Below are positions 52,447 to 64,000 of a stretch of 64,000 bases of DNA, in pieces. The DNA is from Piromyces finnis finn (taxonomy: Eukaryota > Fungi > Neocallimastigomycota). Position 1 is the stretch's first letter; each line of letters begins with the position of its first letter. Where the stretch lies: positions 62,001 through 126,000 of the forward strand of contig MCFH01000077.1 of assembly GCA_002104945.1 (NCBI GenBank). Reading direction: 5' to 3'. Made by a program: the position numbers and the translations under genes. The notes below the pieces were generated by a model that had not been told where the DNA came from, did not search any database, and saw only the letters and a program-made list of their open reading frames with translations.

Positions 52447-55400
52447 AAGAAGAGGAAGAAGAAGAAGAAGAAAAAAAAAAAAAAGAAAGAAAAAGGAAAA
52501 GAAAAAGGAAAAGTGTCCATGCAACTCCCTCATCACTAACCGATTTCTTTCTTTTAAAAAAAAAAATAAATAAATATATACCTTTGCTTAATTTTTTTCT
52601 ATAAAAAATATATATATTTTCACCACCCTTTTTATATGTCTCTATATAAATGATAAATAAAAAAGTAATAATATCCATTTCATTAATATAAATAGTAAAA
52701 ACTAGTAAAAATTAATAAAAAAAAAAATGATAATAATAATAATAAATGGTAAAAAGAACTGGACTAGTTTATTTATGATCTATGCTATTCTTTTTTATTA
52801 TTATTTTTACTTTATTTACGAATTTCCCTTTGTTGTATCCTTCATAATTAATATTAAAAAAAAAATTCTATATTTCTAATCGAGATCTATCCTATTAAAA
52901 ATTAGTCAAGCATTAGTATAGTTTTTTTAAAAAAAAAAAAAAAAAATAACACTATTCTTTTTCTTTTACCTCAAAATATATATATATATAATATAAAAAA
53001 ATAATAAATAAATATTCAATAATAAATTATAAACAAATAATTTTCTATTTTCTTTTTATGTATAGCCATAAATCGATAAAGTTTTGTTAAAAGAGTTAAG
53101 CAAAATGAAAAATAAAAGGAATGTTTAAAGACAACGAGAGAGAAATATATTATGAAGTAAACTTTTATGAAAGAATAGAAACTAAAAAATAAAATTAAAA
53201 AAATATAATAATATAATAATATAATAATATAAATAATGATAGTAAATAATAAGTAAACATGAATAGTTTTCTCACTCTCCATATTATAATTTAAAAGGAA
53301 AAGTCTAAAATTAATCTATTTAATTCTTTAGTAAAAATTAAACTACCTCTTTAAAGTAAAATTAAATTTTTATTTAAATATTTTTTTTAAAGCTTTTAAT
53401 TTGAAAGTGTATTCCAACTGTCACAAAGACCCTCTTTTTTTTTTTTTTTTTTTTTAACGACAACAACAACAATTAGAAATTAACAATGACAAAAAGTGTA
53501 TATAAAAAAAAAAGAGTTTATAAATGTTATATTTAAATCACGCATAGTAACAAGATGTAAAAATAAGAATAAAAAAGGCTTTTTTTAATTAAAAAACATA
53601 AAACAAGTAAAAAGCCACGATTTTTTTATCATTTAAATATAAACAATTCATAATTTCCTTTTTTGGTATATTATTAAAAATTTTTATCGCTAAAAGGAAG
53701 AGACCTGCGGTAGGTAAACTTTTAAAAAAGAACGGTTTTGAAATATAATGGATGCTGTGGTAGATGATAGATTACTACACATTTAAAATAGATTGCTTTT
53801 TATAAAAGAAATATGGATGAATGGTGTATTTAATTTTTATCTTTTTATTACCATCCATTTAGGTAGTATTATAGGATAAAGCGAATTAACAAAAATGATG
53901 TTATTAGTACTACCAAATAATCACACCCTTCCTTCCCTTTTTCTAAGTGTTCTTTAAAGAATTTATTGAAAAATATATTTTTTTTTATTGAGAAATTAAA
54001 AAAAAGGTTTTCTTTATTTCTTTAATCCTAACAACTAAGTCACTTTATCCTATTATAATAATAATAATAGTGACATTATCGTTATCGTTAGATGAACACT
54101 TTTTCTTTTATTCATTACAAAAAGTGATATTTTTTATTATTTTTTTGATTTTTTTTTGACTAAAATTTAAATATATTTTAAATTAATTAACAATATATTA
54201 AAAATATATTGATGTATATTTGTTAGTTTACTTTTAATATATTATCAATAGAGTTTAATTAGAATTTAAATTAATTATAAAATAATGTTCCATACAACAC
54301 AAAAAAGTTTATATTGCAAAAAGTAACAAAAAAAAAGAAATAGTATTAAAAATAAAAAAAGTAGAAAAAATGCTTTTTATATTTAAAAATAATGATTATA
54401 AATGAAATATTAAAAGTCTACATGGCACTTTTAACATTATTATGAGAGAAATAGTTAATGGTATGTCTTAGTTGTACTAATAAAAATACTTTTTAAAGTA
54501 TTAAATCTTCAAAGGAAATAAAATGTAAAATATATTTATAATATAATCATAGAATATATTATTATATATTGTAGAATATATTCACTAATATATTAAAAAT
54601 TTTGATCAAAAATATTTTAATCAAAAAAAATATCTCGCGAAGAAAAGTAAAACTAAATGAAATGGTTATACCAGTAACAAACATTACTATCATTTAAATG
54701 ATTCTACTATATTTAAAGAGTATTATTCAAGAGAAATTGATTCATTTATACAATGTCAAGGTTAAAAGCACTTTTTTTTATTTATATTTATTACTTTAAA
54801 TGATTTGCTTAAAATAAAAAAAAAAGAGCAAAAGAAGCATTCTATATAGGAGTGTGAAGGATAGTTCCTGTTTTTGAAATTTTTTTATTTTATTGGTTAA
54901 TTTTTTGATCTATAAACTTTAACATTCTAAAGGTTAGAATTCATTAAAAGAGTTAAAGGGTTATGTTAAATTATTTTAGTAAAAAAAAAAAACTGCTTTC
55001 CTTCCCTTAAGCAATGTTTTTTATCATTATTGCTGTTGCTTGACTTGATTTGTTTTAATTTCAACGATAGGAATTTAATTTTATTAGGATAGCTTTAAAC
55101 AACCTTTAAATACAAGAATTCCTTTATGTAAAATATAAAACTAATCATGAAAGAGTAAAAGGATCTTTTTAATATAAAATTAAAAAAACCATTTTAAAAA
55201 TGCTTTTAGATTTGTTTAAAAATAGGTAAAAAAAAAAAAAAAAACTTCAATAACCTTTTCAGCAATTCATAATTGTATAAGCTTTTTTATTTTTTAAATA
55301 ATAATAAAAAAAGCGAGATGCTGAATTAAAATCTAATAAAAGATATCTTATTCATATCTTAATAATAAAATACATCCCAAATAAAAAAAAATATAATTCT

Positions 55401-56608
55401 TCTTCTTCTTCTCTAATTATAAACACTTTTATATTTTAGCCATCTTAAATGTACAACGCATTTCATTATTAATGAAGGATTCCTTTTTTTTTTAAAAAAA
55501 CACTTTAACTGATTTTTAAAAAACTTTATTTCTTCCTTTCAATATTTAGTTATTATTAGATTTTTTTAAAAAAAAAAAGTAAATTTCCACATTTTTTTTT
55601 ATATTAAAAATTGGTATAAAAAAGGAAATGTAAATTTCTGTATTTTTATTGATACTTTTTTTATTTTAGGAAGAGGTTGCCGTAAAGAAAAGTTAATACT
55701 TTCATTTTAAAAACTTTACATTTATACATGTCTACCTTTCTATATCTGTACTTTTATACAAACACATATCCTACCTTTCCACACACATACACCACTTACA
55801 CACATATACACACCTACATTCTACTTTTTACTTTATTTCTTTTTAGAGCAAGGAATGAAAAAAAAAATTTTGTTTCCAATAGATATAAATGAATACAATA
55901 TATTACAATATAATCATAATATATAAATCTTATTCAAAAACTTTATTAAATTTATTATGAAAATGATGTAACTTTTTTTTATAACTCAGCAAAAGGCAAA
56001 AAAAAAACCCAAAAGGATAGTAAAAGGAAAGGGAATGGATTAAAATAATAAAGAAATATTAAATAACCATGATCATGGTTATACATAAAGTAATACTAGT
56101 ATCTATAGTATTATTAGAGTATTTATTCTTTTTCTTAGTTAATGCTACCTTTTTTTCAATTTTTTTAGGCTATAAAATTTGAAGCTTTTATTATAATATA
56201 TTTAAAAAAAATTTATCGCTTTGATCTTTTTTCATATCTTCTAATTTATTTATTTTATAACAAATTTATTTATTTAATAATTATATAAAATTTATTTATT
56301 TATAATATATATATTTATTTATTAATATACGAATAATAATTTATTAATCATTTATTGTATAATATTAATTTATCTTGTTTACTATTATAATTTATTTTAT
56401 TTATTTATTGATAAGAGGTTCATTTATTTATTTATATATAATATTTATTTTATCTATTAATTAATTAATTAATTATTTATTATTATTTATATTCATTTAT
56501 TTATAAATATAAATTTATTCATTTGTTATATATTTAATAATAAATACGTTCATTTAATTTATAGTATAATTTATTTATTTCATCCATTAATATCAATGTA
56601 TGGTTTGA

Positions 56609-56783
56609 CCACCACCACCCTCCCTTTTTTCTTGGTGAAATGTACGATAAATTTTTTCATTGTTTTTTTTCTTATATTTTTATTCTAGATTATAAAATTC
56701 TATTTTTTTCTATTATTATAAGCCTCTTCTCATCAAAACAAATCAAATAGTATCTGGCGTATAATCAATCAAATGCTTATTGG
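56609..56783 (+). promoter_or_regulatory. Candidate GAPDH upstream elements: CCACCACCACCC (56609) and an inverted CCAAT box (56779)
   Basis: GC-rich motifs in AT-rich upstream DNA; motif-level evidence only. Confidence 0.3.
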
Positions 56784-57510
56784 TTCATTTTAAACTTAAA
56801 TAAATAGATAATATATTACATTATATTATACATATTATATTAATATATGGTAAATACAATAACGAATATAATAACCATATATTAATGAATTTATAAAAAT
56901 TTAATTTATATTAAGAAAATTTTTTTTATTATTCTATCCTTAAATAAGAATAATTGAAATAAATTAATATATGTATAGAGTAGTAACTAATAGATAATAT
57001 TATATAATATATGGATAGAATACTATATAATATATAAAATTAATTATTTTTAATAGTAAAATTTTTTAGACTTTTAAATTAAAAATTTGTTTACATATAA
57101 ATTTATATATTATAATTATATATTAGAATATATTAACTATATTATACCTATTTATCAAAATTTTATTAAAACTTCAAGGGTTTTTTTTTTTTTTTTTTAC
57201 TATAATATATTTTAAATTTAATTTTTTTTTTATTATATGAATTAAATATATTGAGTTATAGTTGATGATTTAATTCTATTTAATTATATAAATTTTTAAA
57301 TAAACAACATTTTTAATTTTATTAAATGGATTGTAATATATTAAAATAAAAAATTTTATATTATAATATATCATATCTATTAGAAATGAACGTATAATAT
57401 TTGATGATGTTGAAAAAATTTTTTTTCTATAAATATAGAAAAAAATCACCATCCTGATTTTTTCTTCACACTCTATTAAATATTTTATTACTTTTTAAAA
57501 TATTAAATAA

Positions 57511-58536
<1,026 letters not shown>

Positions 58537-59335
58537 ATTTGTTAAAATTTAATTTGTAATTGAAGCCAGAAATATTTCATTCAACATAATATTTGAAGAT
58601 GAGATATAAACCATAAATAATATCAACCTTTATATAATAATTTAAATAATTGAAAAATTTCCCCACTTTTTTAATTAAGAATTTTTATAAAATATTATGC
58701 TGTAGGAAATAAATCACTACCCATAATATAAAAAAGCAAATAAAAATAAAAAATGAAATAAAAAAATAAACAAATTAATCAAAACAAAAAATAAAATTGT
58801 CTTTTTTGAAAATTTAGTGTATAAATTGGTGGTTTATTTTTATTATGAAATTGATTTGATTATTGAAAATTTGCTATATATTTAAGTTTATAAGATTAAA
58901 AAGAAGATGTTAACTTGGACTTAATTTTAGTGGAAAATATTTAAATGTAGTATAAGTAAACAATATTGTTAATATATATTATAGAAAAGATATTGTTTAA
59001 CTACTGTAATCTTATTGTTATATAATAGTAAGTAGTAAGGAGTCCGTCAAGGTTGCCCTCTTTCTCCTATTCTCTTTAATCTCTTTATTAATGATATATT
59101 TAGAGAGTGCGAAGATCTAGGAGTCAGTTTAGGTGACACTCGATGCTGTGGTGGACTTTTTGCAGATGATATAGTTATTTGTGCTCCAACAAGAGGATGC
59201 TTAAAAAAGATGCTTAGAAGAGTTAATGAATGGGCATTGTATAATGAAATGGAATTTGGTATCCAGAAATGTTCAACGATGGTGATTCGTCCTGAATCAA
59301 TAGAAAATCAGAACAAGAGAGATCCAACATTTTAT

Positions 59336-59711
59336 TCATGCCTTTTGCTATTGGCCAGCAATGGTCAATGTTCAAAAGGTTTGAAGCAACATCCAAGAGC
59401 GTCAATGCTGAAGAAACAGTAAGACAGGCCAGGAGGGCCAGCGCAACCAATGGAGATCATAATTTTGTCCCATGATAAAATTTTGATCTTTGGCTCGGTG
59501 TCCCATTGGAAGTCAAATACAATTATTATACTTTAGTATGATAGTGGCTTTCTTACTTTAATTAAAATTACTAGAATACATTATACCCAGTTTTTATTCA
59601 TTTGTGTTTATTTAAACATATTTTTTTTATTTTTATTTTTATTTTTAATTTTTTATTACATGTATTATAATTTTAATTAAATTAATAATAAAGTTTAAAA
59701 TATTTGATGCC

Positions 59712-59773
<62 letters not shown>
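59336..59773 (+). mobile_element. Short 3'-end LINE copy (copy A) inserted into the RT ORF, with a 12-bp target-site duplication
   Basis: TCCAACATTTTA flanks it on both sides (59323-59334 and 59774-59785). The insert is the last part of the ORF, the 3' UTR and 59 A residues. Confidence 0.92.
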
Positions 59774-59776
<3 letters not shown>

Positions 59777-59785
59777 AACATTTTA

Positions 59786-61471
59786 CTTAGCAGGACAACC
59801 CATTCCAACTACTGATTGTTATACTTATCTTGGTGTTCCATTTGATAAGAATTTGTCCCTTAAACCAGTAATTAAAGCTCTTAATAACAAGGTTTTGAAA
59901 GGGCTTTTCTCAGTCAGTAAATTCTTAAGAAATCCTAATATTCCTATTCCTTTCAAAAAACTAGTACTTAACTCACAAGTGATTAGCAGAGTTTCATACT
60001 TTGCACCATTACTTGGATCCAACAAAGCTAGGTCTAGGATTGCTCAGAAGCATGTTAACAAAGGAATACGATGGGTTGCCGGAGTTCATAAAGCTGTATC
60101 GTTTATATCTTTATACTCTATTTCAAAAGATTTGAATATTCCTCCATTGTCAGCCAAATGTGGGTTAGCTCAGGTTAGATGTTTTAACAAATGGAAAAAC
60201 TCAAATTGTATTATCTCACACCTTGTCAATTACATTCCTAAATTTAGAAAATACACGTGGTGCAAATCAAGTAGGACACTTGATAAAAAATTAAAGAAAC
60301 ATGGAGATGTTAAAGCAGTTAAAAACTTTTATTGGAAAGATCTCAAAGGGAATTCAATCAAAGCGCAATATTATGATGATAATAAATTTATTGAAACTAA
60401 AGATTTTATTAAATTATGTTATGAGTACCCAGAGTTTGCCTATGGCTTCTACTGGCTATTGAAAGCAAGAAGCGGATACAAGTTGGATGCTAGAGTTGCC
60501 AAAGCTGCCAAATTTGTTGATCCAGTTTGTCCTAACTACTGTCCATGTTGCAAGTGTGGAGATCAAAGTATTAAACATTGGTTATTAGATTGTCCAACAT
60601 TTAGAGATATCCGTATTAAACATTATGATTCTATAGTCCAGCTATTAAATTTTTTCAGTCAACGTAATTCCAATAGTCCTATCAATAATAATGAAATTGA
60701 TAATATCAGTAGAGATAGTAATAACATTAATAGTAATAGTAACAATAGTAGTAATAACAATAGTAATAGTAACAATAGTAATAGTAACAATAGTAATAAT
60801 AACAATAATAGAAATAATAATATTAGTAATGATAGCAATAGTGAAGATAATAATTCTAATTTAAATAGTAATTTAGTTAATGATAGTAATAGTTCTAATA
60901 ATCCGGTGAATATTAATGTGTATGATTATTCTAGTGTGTGCAGTAAAATATTTAAATTCCTTCTTGGGGGAAGAAGTTTTAACAATATTAATTACAATTC
61001 AAGGGAATGGAAAGAACTTTGTAAGCGTCAGATTCAATCTGGTACTAACGAAGGAACACCATTCTTGACGGTAACCGCGGAACTTCTAACCAAAATCATG
61101 CCTTTTGCTATTGGCCAGCAATGGACAATGTTCAAAAGGTTTGAAGCAACATCCAAGAGCGTCAATGCTGAAGAAACAGTAAGACAGGCCAGGAGGGCCA
61201 GCGCAACCAATGGAGATCATAATTTTGTTCCATGACAAAATTTTGATCTTTGGCTCGGTGTCCCATTGGAAGTCAAATACAATTATTATACTTTAGTATG
61301 ATAGTGGCTTTCTTACTTTAATTAAAATTACTAGAATACATTATACCCAATTTTTATTCATTTGTGTTTATTTAAACATATTTTTTTTTATTTTTATTTT
61401 ATTTTAATTTTTATATTACATGTATTATAATTTTAATTAAATTAATAATAAAGTTTAAAATATTTGATGCC

Positions 61472-61522
<51 letters not shown>
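59786..61522 (+). mobile_element. LINE copy B, 3' portion (ORF open to the stop at 61235, 3' UTR, A48 tail)
   Basis: Removing copy A and one TSD joins 59039..59334 to 59786..61235 into one open frame of 582 codons including the stop. Confidence 0.9.
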
Positions 61523-61526
<4 letters not shown>

Positions 61527-63443
61527 CAGATGATATAGTTATTTGTGCTCCAACAAGAGGATGCTTAAAAAAGATGCTTAGAAGAGTTAATGAATGGGCA
61601 TTGTATAATGAAATGGAATTTGGTATCCAGAAATGTTCAACGATGGTGATTCGTCCTGAATCAATAGAAAATCAGAACAAGAGAGATCCAACATTTTACT
61701 TAGCAGGACAACCCATTCCAACTACTGATTGTTATACTTATCTTGGTGTTCCATTTGATAAGAATTTGTCCCTTAAACCAGTAATTAAAGCTCTTAATAA
61801 CAAGGTTTTGAAAGGACTTTTCTCAGTCAGTAAATTCTTAAGAAATCCTAATATTCCTATTCCCTTCAAAAAGCTAGTACTTAACTCACAAGTGATTAGC
61901 AGAGTTTCATACTTTGCACCATTACTTGGATCCAACAAAGCTAGGTCTAGGATTGCTCAGAAGCATGTTAACAAAGGAATACGATGGGTTGCCGGAGTTC
62001 ATAAAGCTGTATCGTTTATATCTTTATACTCTATTTCAAAAGATTTGAATATTCCTCCATTGTCAGCCAAATGTGGGTTAGCTCAGGTTAGATGTTTTAA
62101 CAAATGGAAAAACTCAAATTGTATTATCTCACACCTTGTCAATTACATTCCTAAATTTAGAAAATACACGTGGTGCAAATCAAGTAGGACACTTGATAAA
62201 AAACTAAAGAAGCATGGAGATATTAAAGCAATTAAAAACTTTTATTGGAAAGATCTCAAAGGGAATTCAATCAAAGCGCAATATTATGATGATAATAAAT
62301 TTATTGAAACTAAAGATTTTATTAAATTATGTTATGAGTACCCAGAGTTTGCCTATGGCTTCTACTGGCTATTGAAAGCAAGAAGCGGATACAAGTTGGA
62401 TGCTAGAGTTGCCAAAGCTGCCAAATTTGTTGATCCAGTTTGTCCTAACTACTGTCCATGTTGCAAGTGTGGAGATCAAAGTATTAAGCATTGGTTATTA
62501 GATTGTCCAACATTTAGAGATATTCGTATTAAACATTATGATTCTATAGTCCATCTATTAAATTTTTTCAGTCAACGTAATTCCAATAGTCCTATCAATA
62601 ATAATGAAAATGTTAATATCAGTAGAGATAGCAATAATATTAATAGTAATAGTAACAATAGTAATAATAAAAATAACAATAGTAATAATAACAATAGTAG
62701 TAATAACAATAGTAGTAATAACAATAGTAGTAATAGAAATAATAATATTAGTAATGATAGCAATAGTGAAGATAATAATTCTAATTTAGATAGTAATTTA
62801 GTTAATGATAGTAATAGTTCTAATAATTATACATATTACTAATTATACACATGAATATTAATGTGTATGATTATTCTAGTGTGTGCAGTAAAATATTTAA
62901 ATTCCTTCTTGGGGGAAGAAATTTTAACAATATCAATTACAATTCAAGGGAATGGAAAGAGCTTTGTAAGCGTCAGATTCAATCGGGCACTAACGAAGGA
63001 ATACTATTCTTGACGATAACAACGGAACTTCTAACCAAAATAATGCTTTTTTCTATTGGCCAGCAATGGTCAATGTTCAAAAGGTTTGAAGCAATATCCA
63101 AGAGCGTCAATGATGAAGAAACAGTAAGAAAGGCCAGGAGGGCCAGCGCAACCAATGGAGATCATAATTTTGTCCCATGATAAAATTTTGATCTTTGACT
63201 CGGTGTCCCATTGGAAGTCAAATACAATTATTATACTTTAGTATAATAGTGGCTTTCTTACTTTAATTAAAATTACTAGGATACATTATACCCAATTTTT
63301 ATTCATTTGTGTTTATTTAAACATATTTTTTTTATTTTTATTTTTATTTTTAATTTTTTATTACATGTATTATAATTTTAATTAAATTAATAATAAAGTT
63401 TAAAATATTTGATGCCGTTAAAAAAAGAAAAAAAAAAAAAAAA
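61523..63443 (+). mobile_element. LINE copy C, starting at the FADD motif and disrupted at about 62827-62851
   Basis: It begins TTTGCAGATGAT directly after the poly(A) of copy B. The CCGG of copy B is replaced by 24 nt that introduce a stop at 62840-62842 and a frameshift. The 3' part is more diverged and the tail is short and interrupted by a G. Confidence 0.9.
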
Positions 63444-63530
63444 GTAATAAATACTTATTAAAAAAAAAATTGATGTTAAAATAATTTCAAGTAATAAATG
63501 CTGGCGGAACAAAGATATTTAAATTAACAG

Positions 63531-63836
63531 CTTTACAGTTCATCAGGGTCTCATGTTTCATATGTAGAGGGTGTCGCGGCTTTTCTTACTAAAACAATCC
63601 ATATCATTAGTAGCTCAATGAAGCTACTTTTTGATAGGTTTAGTAAGACACCTAACGTAATCAAGAGCGCCGACGTCGTACTGATATGGCAAAGGAACAT
63701 TTCCAATGTTCCGTACACAGGGTTCAACGTTAGTATTTCCTCAAATTCGAATGAAAACCACTATGAACTCATGGGAGAGTTTAGTGGGCACCACACTATC
63801 ATACCTGATGTTACTTCTCTTTTTTATTTCATTTAA
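63531..63836 (+). pseudogene. GC-richer coding-like fragment, possibly an OTU-deubiquitinase-like remnant
   Basis: The frame of ORF 63618 extends upstream as SGSHVSYVEGVAAFLTKTIHIISS and contains NENHYE. This loosely recalls the OTU C-terminal helix, strand and His loop; no catalytic Cys is visible. Confidence 0.25.
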
Positions 63837-64000
63837 TTTATTAGGTAGGGACCAATCCCACAAAGTACAAATTGTAGAGTTCATTGAACTTTTATGCAAC
63901 TTTAATATTATTTTATATTTATATTTTTATATCTTTATATATATATTATTATTATTATTTTTATTTATTATTCATTATATTAATATGTATTATCACCTAA

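Larger units (their letters stand above)
59039..63443 (+). mobile_element. Nested array of three 5'-truncated copies of one non-LTR (LINE-like) retrotransposon
   Basis: RT motifs GVRQGCPLSPILF and FADD at 59039-59170, YTYLG, and a C-terminal zinc knuckle CPCCKCGDQSIKHWLLDC. Three near-identical 3' UTRs end in GATGCCGTT plus poly(A) at 59715-59773, 61475-61522 and 63420-63443. Confidence 0.95.

Noticed and set aside
59025-59040. Outer target-site duplication for the whole LINE nest
   Set aside because: Only about 4-5 nt (AGTAA) match the sequence after the last tail at 63443, which is not meaningful in AT-rich DNA.
59210-59422. 70-aa ORF as an independent gene
   Set aside because: It is a chimera of RT sequence read through the copy A insertion junction into another frame.
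60900-61235. Restriction-like endonuclease domain that would place the LINE in the CRE/R2 group
   Set aside because: I see no PD-(D/E)xK motif after the zinc knuckle and the 5' end is missing, so the clade is left unassigned.

Overview
Very AT-rich eukaryotic genomic DNA with short GT-AG introns, poly-A/T tracts and (AAT)n microsatellites. Composition and gene content point to an anaerobic gut fungus (Neocallimastigomycota); this is inference from style, not a database hit. I can support 12 intact-looking protein-coding genes: two ankyrin-repeat proteins, an 88-aa PP1-docking micro-protein, a secreted protein of ten tandem chagasin/I42-type protease-inhibitor domains, a TTC7/Ypp1-like TPR protein, a small membrane-anchored protein, an Osm1/Frd1-type fumarate reductase, ethanolamine-phosphate cytidylyltransferase (with a 7-nt micro-exon), a GH20 hexosaminidase, acetolactate synthase small subunit, syntaxin-5/Sed5 and GAPDH. 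The right end holds a nest of three 5'-truncated, poly(A)-tailed LINE copies inserted into each other, one with a clear 12-bp target-site duplication. There are also a few decayed coding remnants and minisatellites. I saw no rRNA, tRNA, CRISPR array or telomeric repeat. The strongest leads are the ten-domain inhibitor, the signal-anchored fumarate reductase, the self-nesting LINE and the Phactr/neurabin-like micro-protein.
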